Assembly: GCF_021869535.1 (NCBI RefSeq)
Contig: NW_026262712.1
Span: 31,124,001-31,188,000 of the forward strand
Source: Mytilus californianus
Lineage: Eukaryota
Length of the DNA stretch: 64,000 nucleotides
Direction of reading: 5' to 3'
Part shown: positions 13,701 through 28,700 of the stretch, piece after piece
Numbering within the stretch: position 1 is the stretch's first letter
Layout of the letters: every line of letters starts with the position of its first letter
Translations under genes and position numbers: made by a program
The notes under the pieces: generated by a model
Database searches by the model: none
Told to the model about the DNA's origin: nothing
Seen by the model: the letters and a program-made list of their open reading frames with translations, nothing else

Positions 13701-16700
13701 ACAGCAGTCATCACTGTGTCACAATCTCGAAACAAACAAATATTTAACAAAAAAGCACAAAATATGTAAAATCACAAAATTACTGAACTCCGAGGAAAAT
13801 CCTAAACGGAAAGTCCCTAATCAAACGGCAAAATCAAATGATAAAACACATCAAACAAATGGACAACAACATCGTTAAGCATTTATAAGATTTAAAAACC
13901 ACATTCATTGCTTCGCGTGTCTGACGTCAGAAAATGTAAACGACTCATAGGAAGAAAATTTGTCGTTCAAAGTATTTTCAAAAAAAATTATAATTTCACA
14001 TGGGGAATGGTGGTATACAGGGTTAAAAAAATCAAAAGTTGTGTTAGAACTATTTTCAGAAACAGACAGAGATTTAAAATTATCCAGAAGTTCTTTAGAA
14101 TTTTTAAGAATCCACATATGGTTTATACCACTACGCGAGTAAAATAATTTTGTCGTTTGTCGTTCAAAGTATTTTCAAATTTATAATAGAACAATAACAA
14201 AATGACATATAATAGAACAATAACATAATGACGGGATCTTTAAAAGTACAGAGTCGCGTCACATGAACCAAAGAAACACAAAAAGTCGCACATAAACACC
14301 AGCAAAAATGAAAGAAAATACAAACACATTGACGGGATGTATAAGTACCGAGCCACGTCAAATGGATATCACAGAAAACAGACCAAACAGTAAAAGTAAT
14401 ATTAATAATTGAACAAAGACAAATAAAAGAACAATATAACACGTTGTTAAGATGATAAACAACGTCAGTACGCAGAATCTATACATCAAGACCATTATGT
14501 ATTATTTGTGAAGTTGATACGGAATATTTATCAACAAGGTCTTGGTACCTTCCGATGATATGCATATCTATAAACGTATGAAACGGATTGATCAATTACA
14601 TTTTCCCCCTTGGTTTACACTTCGATAAACCATGTTTTCGAAACTACTTTCTGCGATCTATTCATGCGCAATACAAATGCATGCATGGATCCCGGGAATT
14701 TGAGAAAATTGACATTGAAAAACAAAAATTGTTTCTATTTAAATGCATACTAGTATATACCAGAAAAGAAATAATGCATTAAAGCTTTGAAAATGTAAAA
14801 AATTTAAATTCGTATCAAATTCCGGGAAAATTCACGAATAATTTGGCGAATTTACGTCATGTCAAAACACGACGTCATACGAATGAAAACTTTCAAGCGA
14901 AAGACTATTTCGTTACTTGTACGCTTCAAATTCGGATAATATGTAATTGAAATTAAGTTTTTGAGGCAGGTGCAATTTTTGTTTTAGATTCTGATGCATT
15001 TATCGGACAAATATTTTTTTCAGAGAGTCAAGATGGCGACTTATTCTTTAGTTACAACACGCCATTATGCTTTTGGTGGTAAATATAGAAGCCATCAAAC
15101 AAAAACAAAAGGTTAATTAGAAATCGAAATTGTTTTGCTGAAGAATTATAAGGATTAAACACATTTTTTCTAGAGGTTATTGATGTGTACACCGGAGCTC
15201 TTACTCACAAACTTAACATAAAGGTCCTTCGGACTTTTATTCAGTTTGTGCATCAATAACCTCTTGAAAAAAATGTGTTTAATCCTAAAATAGCGACACA
15301 GAATTACTACACCGACACGCTGAGCCGGCTTTTTAAAGTGCTTGTTTAAAGTGCATAGGTCTCTGCTGGAAGAAATGTCAACTCAATCGGCCATATTGTT
15401 TTACTCTTAGCCAACCAGTCTTTTATTTCAGAACTTGACGCCGCGAGCTTAGCAGAGAAATAGCTAATTCTATTTCAAAAGTCTTTCGTTTGACCTGACT
15501 AGAGTTCATATCAATGACATCACAATCTCGGGGAGACTTTGGAGACAATGCAGACAATATAATAATGTTTAAATACTGTGTACTTTCAAATGATTTGTGG
15601 AGTAGGTTAAACATATATAGATATCAGAAGATGTGGTATGAGTGCCAATAAGACAAATCTCCATCCATGTTACAATTTGTAAAAGTAAACCATTATAGGC
15701 CACAGTACGATCTTCAACACAAATCAATGGCTCACACCGAACAGCAAGCAATAAGGGGTCTAAACATGACTAGTGTAAAACTATTAAAACAGGAAAACAA
15801 AATGTTCATCAATAATAAAAGTACTAGTAGATATACTTATTCCACACAATCTTATCAAAAAAGTTCACTCATTTAAATAAATTGTTTGGTTAATATGAAT
15901 GAAAATACATTTGCTGCAACTCATTTAAAGCCTTCCTCTCTAACGAGAAAGGTAAATATGTTAAAAAAGTAAAAACATAATAATACCGAACTCCTAGGAA
16001 AATTTCAAAACGGACAGTCCTTAATCAAATGGCAAAATCAAAACCTTGAACACACAAAACTAATGGGAAACAACTGTAATATTCCTGTCTTGGTATCGGC
16101 ATACTTATGTGAATTGTGCTAAGATATTAGAAGCTGCCGATGTTTCCTTGATAATATTTAAGTAAGTTTCGGCAATAAGTTTTATCGATAGGTAGTATGT
16201 ATTCCTTTTGGGCTCAATTTCGCCCCTTCAAGTGTAGACTAGTATTGTAATAAATCCCAGTCTATGACCTAACTCGATAAAGACCTGTTTAAATTGCATT
16301 TAATTGTTAAATTCAACAGCGCATACCGTTATTGTGATAATATTTATTCGTTAAATAATCAAGACTTTTCAAAATATACTGCTGCAATTTACCAAAAGTA
16401 ACTCCCTCTAATTGAATGAAATATGAATAATCACAACTGTCTTTCTTGATATTTAAAAATATTTCAATTTTACGCGGGTATCCGTTAATCTATTTTTTTA
16501 CAAAAGGAACGACTTTTTGTTCCCTATTCTAAATTTTTCATTTTTTCAACAGACATATTCCTTCGGCATCATCTTACAGTTTTTATATATTTTAACTTTT
16601 TCACTATGCTCATGTCTATTGTGACGTTTTGGATTTCAATTAACGTAATCTGTGTATTACTGGAAAAATATGAAGTCATCAAAAATTGCTTAAAACCTTT

Positions 16701-19700
16701 ACTTAATTTTTCCATCGATATAACAATTATGTTTACCGTTTGATTGTACTTGTAGAAAACAAAATTCAAACTAGATAGGCCATCCTCATTTTTACAGAGA
16801 TGTTGTTTACCGAACACTGTATTTTAAAAAAGATCCGGGTAAACTTATCGATCCTATAAATAAACTCATTCTGAAAGGATACCATTTAAACACTGTCATT
16901 AAATCTTTGAATTTTGTTTTATTTGTATTTTTATTGATTTTGTCAAAAATAATTTAAACTCAAACTAATTTTTGAGACGACGATGCTCCTTTTGCTCCAT
17001 TATACGGAATTTATATATCGTTCGTTATGTCTTTTACTTTAGTCAATTTGGCTGTACCTGTAGAACCCTACTAAAAACGGTATTTCATATCCTATATTTT
17101 ACGGTAATATTGTACTTTAGGCGCGGAAATCACTACATGATCCGTGTTAACTCATGGACCTTGCAACACACTTATTATTAAAGGTTATCAATGTTTTAAT
17201 CAAAACTTTGAATATTATTTTTCCTTGGCCCAAATATCGGTTTGTCATCAACAAATTAACACATAACTAAATATGTATTCTTTTTTAAACATGCAACAGT
17301 TCATTTTCTATATAGAAATTGCTTTATCTATATAAAACATTATACATATTTTTTATAGGGTTAAATTCTTACAAGCCTACTGCCTGTCGATATTTTAATT
17401 GTTTGTCATTGCACAAGTCATGACTTCCATGACGTTAAAATACTAAATCCCAGGGATGCGTTTCAGTTGATTTATTTTTTCGCGATTTTTGCGAGTAAAA
17501 AAATAACGTGAATATAAATAATCGCAAAAAATCTCGAAAAAAAATCGCCGCGAATTTGGATAGAAAGGGTTTGAAGCGAAATAACAACAACAACAACAAC
17601 AACAACAATACTTTATTTAAAGAGGGTTACACCGTTAGCTATATAACTAATCTTCCCGGAGGCCCTCATCATAAAAAAAATCAAACAAAATGCTAACATA
17701 TACATTGCCTAAATTAGTATAAAAAGACAAGTATGATAATAATGTTTAATAAAGGCAACAGTAGTATACCGCTGTTCGAAATTCATAAATCGATTGAGTA
17801 AAAAAACAAATCCGGGTTACAAACCAAAACTGAGGGAAACACATCAAATATAAGGGGAGAACTACGACACAACAGAAACACTACATTAAAATTTACACAC
17901 ACAGCAACTAACTATAATATAACAATGGCCATTTTCCTGACTTTGTACAGGACATTTAAAGAAAAATATGGTGGGTTGAACCTGGTTTTGTGGCTAGCCA
18001 AACCTCCCGCTTTTATGGCAATGTTAAATATAACATTAAAATGACAACATTACATGACAGGAATACAATACAAATAAATGGGAGAACATATAGGACAGAG
18101 AAACATAGGAATAGTAGCTAACAATACAACTTGATAAAATATTATGAAAAAAATAACGTGATGACATAATCAGTTTTCAATATTTTTATAAAGCTAGGTT
18201 GATTTCAATAAATGATCTGTTATTTTGTATTTGAAAGAATTAACATTTGTAATATTTTTCTTAACGGTATTGGCAAATTATTCCACAAGAATGGTCCAGA
18301 ATACATAAAAGATTTTTTGAACAATTCTGTTTTTGGTTTAGGGAGTATGAGGTTTCCTTGAATAGCATTTCTCAAGGGGTATGGATTTATGTCTGAAACA
18401 TAACGAAACTTGTTAGTAAGATATGATGGTGCGTCATTTTTAATGCACTTAAATGTCATCACAAACTTGTGATATTTTATTCTCTGTTCAACTGTCATCC
18501 AGTTTAAGTGTTTGAATAAGGGCTCGGAAGGAGCGAATGGGTCTGTTTCTAGTATTAATCTAGCAGCTCTCTTTTGTAATTTTAATATTCTATCTAAACC
18601 CTCACTGCTACAATTACTCCACACTATACAACAATAATTAATTAGTCGCAAGATATAACCATTATAGAATAATTTTCTGCAGTCTAGATTTAGAAATTTC
18701 TTAGGTTTTAACAATAGATATAGCCTAGATGAAATTTTTGAGCAGATCACATCAATTTGGTTTGTCCATGTAAGGGAAGGGTCAATTTTAATGCCTAAGA
18801 GACTTTCGCATGTGGAAGATTGTATCAGTTGATTGTTAATAGTTATACAACTCTCATTGAAATTAAAGCATCCGCGACAATAAGTTGGTTTACAGTATAT
18901 TGTGTGTGAAGAAATTAGTTTTATCCTTACTTACTTACTTAATACAATAATTTTTCATCCATACTCAGTTTTAACTGAAAAAGATTTATCGAATAAAGGC
19001 AACTGTAGTATACCGCTCTTCAATAGTAATAAATTGAAAAAGCGAAAGCAAAACGACAATGTTAAACATACCACTAAAAATGACAACATTAAGTGACAGG
19101 AATACAGTACAAATAAACGCGAGAACACTAAGGACAGATAAATAAATAAATAATATAATAGTACATTACAACATGTAAACAACTGAATGCAACGGCCATC
19201 TCCAACTCCAATGAATTTACGCCAGAACACCACAATATAATTATAAACTGTGCATCACTTGAAATTAATACTTCCTAGCACTCACTTTTTTCTACATTTG
19301 AAAATGCCTGTACCAAGTCAGGAATGTGACAGTTGTTGTCCATTCGTTTGATGTGTTTTATCATTTGATTTTTCCATTTGATTATGGACTTTCCGTTTTG
19401 AATTTTCCTCGGAGTTCAGTATTTTTGTGATTTTACTTTTTTCAATATTTTTCAGCAAATATGCCGCGATACTTTTTCTGGATTAACATCAATAATATTT
19501 AAAAGCATTTTATTTTATTGTCATATTGCATGGGTAAGGAAATTTGATACTATTTTTTTATGTTGATATATGATTTTGATATAGTTCAATATTTCGTAGG
19601 TTTCGTAGAATTAGGAAATGTTTTTTTTTATTTTCTTTTACACAACTGCATACAAATTCGATCTTTAACAACATGTGACATGCAAGACAACCTTATATAT

Positions 19701-22700
19701 ACTGTGTCTCTATTCCTTGTAATAATTGTAGTTCCAGAAGTTAAGTTTAGACTAAACGGAACATGGAGTGGTCAAGGTATTGGTATACTTGAGTACTTTA
19801 AAGACGGGTACTGGGGATATGTGTGTGGGGCCTATATGGGAACCTCTGAGGCATCGATGTTCTGTCACCAATTAGGATTTACGTGAGTAGAGAATATAAT
19901 TAACTACTTAATCATATCACATATAACCAGATACAACGGTTACTAAACTGCATTACATTCATGGACTTATTCCAGATTTTAAAAGAATTATAGGGAACTG
20001 CATTTTTTATCAAAGATTGACGTTCTCCATGTTTGTAGATAATTCATGCATATCATTACCGCTTGATACTTATCTGGTAAACTTGCACAAATACAAGGAA
20101 TATCTGATTATTTTCCAGCAGAACTATTCAAGTACTGTAAATGCTTGAATGTCCGTTTTTGTACTAAGAATAAATACAGTAATCTGTTTAAGTAATTTAT
20201 TATATAGAGCTTTCAAAATTCCAGGTTTTACTTCATGTAGTTTATAATTTGAAAGTTTTCAAAAAGGAAAGATTTGGTATAATTGACAATGAGACAACTA
20301 TCCACCACAGACCAAATTGCATACTTGTTAAGAACCGAACGGCCTTGCATGGTATAGAAATTTGTTATGAATTTGTTGCCAAGGTTGCACTGAAACCAAA
20401 TTTATTTTAAACTAACACTTCTTTCTAGAAACAAGCGCATAATCTGATCTGAACTAATACAATATAACAGTTTGATTTGATTTGTACTCTTTATTTACGT
20501 CGAACCGTGATAAAATGACAGTAAATTCAGTATAATTACAACATGACTAAACGATACCTAAGACGCATGCGCAGATAACGTTCAAAAGTACACCTTTTGA
20601 AATATGAAATCGAACGTCTTTAAACTAGGAAGACAATTAAGAAGAAAACATGACTTAAAATATAAGACCTTTAAAATGGAAAATGACTATTGGCTTAGAT
20701 TTCTCTTTTGCGAACCATTAACATTGTCTAAATTGTAAGAAATATACTGCATTATTTTGTTAAAATGGACTTTATAAAAAAAATATTAATCAACGAAGTA
20801 CAGAAATATCTAATCATTTTGAATTGGAACTTATTAACAATGATACAGACAGATATATAGATTTAATATGTTTTCTTATCAAATTATTGATATTACTAAA
20901 ATGCTATTTGTTTTATGTTTTGTTTGTATATTTTTACAGTAAAGGTGGTCGTCTTTTGTTTGGATATAACAATTATGGATATAGGAAAGGACAAAATCAT
21001 TTTAAACATGATATCGGACCAACCATATTAAAGTATATAGAATGCCCTTGGGATTCAGTTGAGCTCGATCAATGTTCAGAACGTTTATGGGCTTATAAAG
21101 ATGACATACTATCTTGTGAAATGCACACACTAGATGTAAAACTAAAATGTAATACAGAACCTTTCCCAGGTAATGTTTTAAAACTTTAAATCACAATTCG
21201 TGTGTTAGAGAAAAAGTAAAATCGAATGGACAACAAGAGAAATTATGTACTTGCATGTAAATGACGAAATGTAGCAATATGCATATTAAGACATTTTAAG
21301 CGATGCTCAGAAATATTCGAAAAACAAATTACATCAAATATTGAGTTTGGTGGAAGGAACACTATTTCAGTTGCCTGCTAGATGAGCAATGAAATCAGTT
21401 TTACCTTCATCAGCGGTTACAGCATTCATTCAATGGAAAAATACATCGAACTTGTATTGTAATGGCCTATCAAACATGAATGACAAATATTTTCTTTTCT
21501 CCGGACGATGCAAACAATTACTTCAACTACAATTTAAATTGCAAGTAGACACAATTGAATAAATAACTTGGACCCAAATTGGAATTGCACATCATCGCAA
21601 TTAAGGTCTTGAATAGCAAACAATAACTTTGATTGTATTTTAAGTTTTGGCTGAAGGGAGTTTGAAGATACAATATCAATAAAAGCTGTTTCAAACAAGC
21701 TTAAATTTTACATATTAAACATCTTATTTCCTTGCTTTTAATGATCAATTAATAGTAAACATAAAACATGACCAGATCCGTACCCGTTCTATGATTCTAA
21801 ATTTAGTAAGCAGAAAGTAAACATTCTAACTTTGATGCGAATAAAAAATTGATAAAAAAAAAAAAAAAAAAAATTGCAAAATTATGGTTCTAGAGGAACA
21901 GCTTGGGGTAGTTATTAAAAAATAAGCATGTTTTCATAGCAAACTGACGGTATATAACAAAGAGGTACATGTAATGTGGTCATCTAAGATGTTTATCACT
22001 GTGTTTGTCAGTGTGCACTGTTTTGACGAAATCTTGCCATACGAAACAAGAGTCTTATGCCTATATCAAATTGCAAGACAGATACGATATATCTGTGTAT
22101 TGAACCACCAGTGGTTTTTGATAATTAGAATGCTTAGATATGGACACCGATTTACAGTTAGTTTTCTTTTCCTTTTTGTGACATTAGTAAAACTGTTGAT
22201 TCGCATGCACAGTAATTGACTCCCATCCCACCGAACTAGCTGGTCCTCCCTTATGAGTTCACGCTTACCTTAGTCAACAACTTGACTTTCTGTTGTCCTC
22301 AGTGATTTCTAAGTAGAAGCTATTTTGATTATCAAAACGAACACTGACATTGTATAGTTCACTTTGTATTAATCCTAACACAAAGAAAAGTTTAAGTAAA
22401 CAAATCGAATTATTGTCATTTTACATCCAGGGAATCAACCTAATAAAAACCAAATGCTTCTGTGATGATTTAAACCTACTACTTTGTAACCCTGTAAAAG
22501 ACTACATACTATAAAGGTTACTTGCTTTACATATGTAAATATGTGGTCATTGAGCATCTGATCGCAGGCAAATATTTCACTTGTTGGCTTTTTTTAAGAT
22601 TACGAAATACAACTATTTGGTGGAAATTCAAACAATTCTGGACAACTTCTTGTGAAATATGAGAACACATGGTTGAAGGTAACACCTGAACGATTTGAAA

Positions 22701-25700
22701 TAAGAAATGTAGCTGTTGTTTGCCGGCAGCTTGGATTTAGGTACACAATAATTTTGTTTTATCATATATGTTAATAAAAAAAATCAAGTTGAGAATGTAC
22801 TTTGATTAATGAGGGTGATAAAGGGTTATTTTTGTGCAACGTTTTCGGCCTTTTATTTCACGTGTTTTCGTGTTTGGACGTTTTATTCAACGTTTTCTCG
22901 TGTTTGGTTCGATTTTCTTGCTTCGTGTTTCCCCATATTTATTTTCCGTGTTTCGTGTCGGAACTCTTAATTTCACGTGCTTGTCCCGCATTTGATTAAA
23001 AAGTAAACCGTGACTTATAAAAGTCACCCCAGATATCAAGTTACTATGAATGTTTTATTAATTTTTTTAAATCAGATGCAACTAGCGTACGCTTAAAGGT
23101 CACCGCAGGGTCTTCTTGTCCGTTAATAATGACTGCATGATCTCCAAGAATGGCGGAGTTATAACTTCTAGTACTTGTTTCTTAAGATATACGATCTTAT
23201 TTCTCGTGCTTCGTTTTTTCCGATTATTTTTCCGTGCAACGTTTTTGCGAATTTAATTTCACGTGTTTCAGTGTCCCCCCCCCCTTTTACCAACCTCATT
23301 AATTAATATAATATAACAATAAAAAAAACACCACATAAAACAACATTGTTTTGGTATTTAAATGATCTGGGTGAACTTTTTCATACTAATTGTTGTACTG
23401 TACATCTTATAAGCAATGCGGCGTGACAAAAGAAATGACATTCCCCAGGAAGATTTGAAACAGGTGTGAATATTCACATTCCTAACGCGTGATTGATTTT
23501 CTATACCAGTCAATCTCAATTTCATCGAACAATAATATAAATCATTTGACTATTCCATCTTTAACACAAGCTTTCATCATTCAAAAATATAAGACAAATT
23601 TAATTAATTGAACTTAAGGATACCACACAATAAGACAAATTCAATGAGTTGAACGAAAGGATATCACACAATAAGACAAATTGAATGAGTTGAAATAAAG
23701 AATACCACACAAATAAGACAAATTCAATGAGTTGAAATAAAGGATATCACACAATTAAACAAATTGAATGAGTTGAAATAAAGGATACCACACAATAAGA
23801 CAAATTGAATGAATTAAAAAAAGGATACCACACATACATTTAAATCTAATTCATATCATGACTTTCATATAGTCATTTGTTTTTAAATATTGCATTGTTT
23901 GAACCTGTCCTAAGTCAGGAATCTGATGTTCAGTAGTCGTCGTTTGTTGATGTGGTTCATAAGTGTTTCTCGTTTTTATATAGATTAGACCGTTGGTTTT
24001 CCCGTTTGAATGGTTTTACACTAGTAATTTTTGGGGCCCTTTATAGCTTGCTGTTCGGTGTGAGCCAAGGCTTTGTGTTGAAGACCGTACTTTGACCTAT
24101 AATGGTTTACTTTTATAAATTTTGACTTGGATGGAGAGTTGTCTCATTGGCACTCATACCACATCTTCTTATATCTATTTACTATAAATGTAGTTTCAGA
24201 ACTAAACTTTACTTTAGAAATGATATAAATAATCAACGTAGCACCTTATCGCCCTTTTTTCAAGCAAAATATATGTTTAGAATCAGCATAAATGGAGCAT
24301 CCAGGAGAAAAACAAAGATGACAAACATCTTTAAATCTGTTGCCTAGTAATAAACGCAATATGACTCAGAAGTGTTACGGAGACACTGAAGTGCGATGGT
24401 CACGCCGAAGTGCGATGGACCGTTCGCTGATGTGCGATCATTTTTTTGACGCATTTTGGCTAGTATAAAATCTACAGATGTGCATTTATTATGAGAAGTA
24501 CATGTTGATGATTTCCACCATTTACCGTTTATCGTGATGCGGATAGTATGTTTGTGGACCCGATTATGTTAAGAGAACGTTACACTCCATTGACGTGAAA
24601 AAAAAAAAAAAAAAAAAACATTTGGTAGATTTCGAAAAAAAGCCGTAGAAGGTTAACCTACCAGTTTTTAACCAATCCTTCCTGTTTCTCTTCGTATATA
24701 CAGGTATTTAAAGGATTTAAGCCCAACATCAACTTAAAACCCTTGAAAACTGCTTCTAACATACAAATTGATTTCTATGTTGACGTGAAAAGCGTTGAAA
24801 TGTAATTTGTGTAAAAACCATCAAACTGCAGCGTGATTAAAATATATCCCAGCGTCAAAACACCGAGCCTCAGCCTGACCATGGCGGTTAAGAGTCCATT
24901 ATTCATTATTTATATATAATTTTCAATACAAATTACTATGCTCGTCTTGCTTAAAAACCAACTATCGATTTGTAGCTCCATGATGTTGAATTTCTTTTCA
25001 ATATATTCTAATCTCAAAGTATATTACACTGTTGACAAAACAATATGTGTCAGAAATGATTTTAAGTATAAATGGTTAATTTCAACATGTAGACATAAAG
25101 GGGTAGAACTATATCAAGCGTACATTTAAACTCATCGAAAGACATCCATGTCAAGATAAAACTGACAACGCAAAAAACAAAAACGACGAAAAGATAAACG
25201 TGAGTATACCAAGCATAATATACAATGTAGAAATCTTAAGACTAAGCATTGACCCCCAACACACACCAGGTGTTATCTCAGATGCTCCGGAAGGGTAAGC
25301 AAATCCTGCTCGACAGGTTGAATAATGATGAGATACGGATCATGAATTTAAACCACAAATACAAGGAACATTCTTTATTAATTACTGTTTGTTTTATATT
25401 TACAGAAGAATATTCTATTTAAATGTTCATCAATAGATATTACAAACAAAAGGAATTGTGTATTTGTCAATCAATGTAAAAAAAAATGTTTCCTATAGCA
25501 TATTGAAGAAGTATAAGAAAAATATCAAACTCCAGTGTTAAATTAAAAGAGGGAGTTTGTAAAAACTGGGAATAATCAAATGTTAAAACAAATCTAACAC
25601 GAACGCCAACAAAAAGTAGATGTAGCTCACTTTTTCGACAAATAAGAAATTAGAATATACATACAAAGGTAGAAAAAGGAAAACAACACTTTAGAAAAAC

Positions 25701-28700
25701 CAATGCGACAGAACCGCACCTTCGTATGCATCCGCACCAGAAACGCCTTAAACCAAAAATTCGATACCTGAGTATATAAAATACCACGTCACGTCAAGAT
25801 GCAAAATATCAAAATGAACATAATAGCACAAAGACAATTAAAGGCAATAATGTAAAGTTAAAAAATGCTTCAGCTTCTTAAATTTTATTTAAAGGCAATG
25901 CTAAGAACTAAAAAGATATTTTACAAAATTTAAACATTGCAACCAAGTGCTTGCTACAGATTTACGTAAGCCTCTAATAGAATAATTTGAGGGAATATCA
26001 AAGGGGAAAATTTAAATCTCATACAAATTCGAAATAGTGGTGACCTAGCCACTATTTCAGAGATTGAAATCTCATAGGTCGAGCAAACGAAACACATGTT
26101 AAAATAACTCTCCATAAAGAATAAAGACTGACCATAAAAACCGGATTTGATCTAATGGCATCCGTCTTGTAATGCATTGTAATAATATACCAAAGATGTA
26201 AACTGTGTATTACAGACATGGTGGAGAAATGCACGTTAATATGTCCATTTACGAAAATAGTAAAAATTGGTTGAAACTGGTATGCAATGGACAAGAACAA
26301 AATGTTGGACAATGCAACGGAGTGCATAGATTGTCTAGCAATGCGTGGTATAGTTACAGGAGTGCTGCGGTGTTCATTGAGTGCTATGATATCAACGGTC
26401 CAGGTATAAATAAAATCGTTTGTAGTGTAGTTAAGATTTTTCTAAATTATTGAATGACAATCATCAAATATTGCATAAAGAACACACTTTATGTCAAATA
26501 ATATAAATACGAAGATGTGCTTTGAGTGCCAATGAGATAACTCTCCATCCAAGTCCCAATGTCTTAAATGTCAATAATTATCGGTCAAAGCACGGCCTTT
26601 AACACGTAGTCATTGTTCACTCCGCACTGCAAGCTATTAAGGTCCCCGAAATGACTAGACTAAGTTTAAAACAATTCAAACAAGAAGACCAACGATCCTA
26701 TCATTATATATAAAAAAAAAACGCGAAACGAGAAACACTTACGAACCACACCAACAAAGACAACCTCTGAACAATAGACTCCTGTTATAGGAACAGGTGA
26801 ATTTAAATGCGGGTTGAAATGTTTAACAGGCGCAAATGAATTGGTTAGCTTCCCTTTAAGTAACACGTTTAACTCTTTGCTTTAATATTTGCTAATGTGC
26901 TTTGTCTATATGCCTTTCTGTGCTTCTGTGATACATATTTGTTGGTTTTTATAGCAAATAAGATAATAACACAATGGTGATTCCTTTTCCTCTATTTTTG
27001 ACATTTTTACCTATTACGCATGTCTGTTTGTTTTGTTCACACATCGTTGTCAATATCAAAGAATTTGATGCGTAAGAGGTTTAGCTAGCTTTTAAGCCAG
27101 ATTTTATCAACCATTTTCTACATAAGAAAATGCCTGTACCCAAGTCAGGAATACTTCAGCTGTTATGCATTCGTTTGATGTGATTTAGATTTTGATTTTG
27201 TAATTTGATCAAGGACTTTCCGTTATGAATTTTCCTCGGAGTTCAGTATTTTTGTGATTTTACTTTTTAGGTCACATGATAAGCTGTAAAAAAATACCAC
27301 AGGTCATTAGGTATATATCAAGCAAAACACTTGGAACAAATAACAAATAACTGATTCGGTTTTGAACATATCTCTAGTTGATACACAAATGAAAGTTTTA
27401 TAAAAAAAGTTTATTAAAATTAATCGAGCTAAATTAGTTTTAGTCACGTTGTTTGGTATCACTGAAACCGGCTGAACGCCAATCGATTTATTATCTATTC
27501 TGCTTAGATGTCGAGTTACAAAGCAAAATATTGCAAATTTCGTAGTGATTTGCAAAATGTAATTATGAACTGAAGTTGCTTCAACTAAGGTATGTATGGA
27601 GGCCTCAGTGATTGTGCTTCCCTGATTTAGTGAAAAGATGTCATTAAATGACTTTGCTTTGAGATTCAAATTTAAATCATGATTAATTTCTTTTAGAACT
27701 CAAAATGACTGTCTCTTTAAAAAGTGATGGAAAAGTTAATGTCCATCGATTAGGAGCAACATGGCAAATATGTGCCTCTGCATGGAATTCTTATCAGGAA
27801 CCTCTATGGGATGATGTAGGTGCAACTGCTGTCTGTCGTATGCTCAATAATAGGTAAAATTATTAGACGTTTCAGAATTTAATGCATTCTGGGTAATATG
27901 CTCCTCTGCAAGGAATCTATATGAGATGCTGTAGGTGCAAATGCTGTCTGTCGTATGCTCAATATATATATATATTAGGTAAATTGATTAGACGTTTCAG
28001 AATCTAATGCAATCTGGGTAATATTTTCAAAGCGGACACCAAAAGGTTGTGATTGGTTTAAATTGGTAATAAACAATAGAATATCAACCAATGACGTTAC
28101 GATTCTTTCTTTTTTGGTTTACGAACATTGAGATTACCAATTGTCCTTTGGATTCTGAAATCGTGAATTAAAACAATTTCATTAATAAAAATTCTTTAAA
28201 AAATTAACATTTGAAAGTTGTGTAATGTTGAGATCATAAAATACAATGTTTAAGCGAATTTTACGCTGAAGTTGCAAGTGTACCAGCAAAAAATCCCTAT
28301 CTTATATTATAATAATACTATGAAGAAATGGTTTTCTGTTACACCACTCTCCTAAGTTGAGGACAGGATTGAAAGCTCGTAATGCAATTAACCATCGCCA
28401 CAAACGTAGTGTGCCAACCCACGCTAGGAGCCTTACACTCATTAGTTTTCGTTGGATTGCAATAGTTGATTTTGTTTTGCTTTTAGTATAAACCAGTTAC
28501 CTCATTCTCTAAATATCAAACAATTTTGATTCACGCAGCATTTCAATTTTATAAGAGGGAAGGAATGCCTTTTACCCTATGTCTTCAAACAGTCATTTTC
28601 GGCTACCATCATAATTAGACGATTCTTTTATCGTCAAAACGAAAAATATAAATGTTATCGTCATGTGCAAAAAAATTAGCATTAACGTCGTTTAGCAACA

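Noticed and set aside
23585-23834. Regular 41-bp repeats as a CRISPR array (also the 33-bp and 114-bp arrays)
   Set aside because: Units are contiguous with no unique spacers, there are no cas genes, and the context is eukaryotic.
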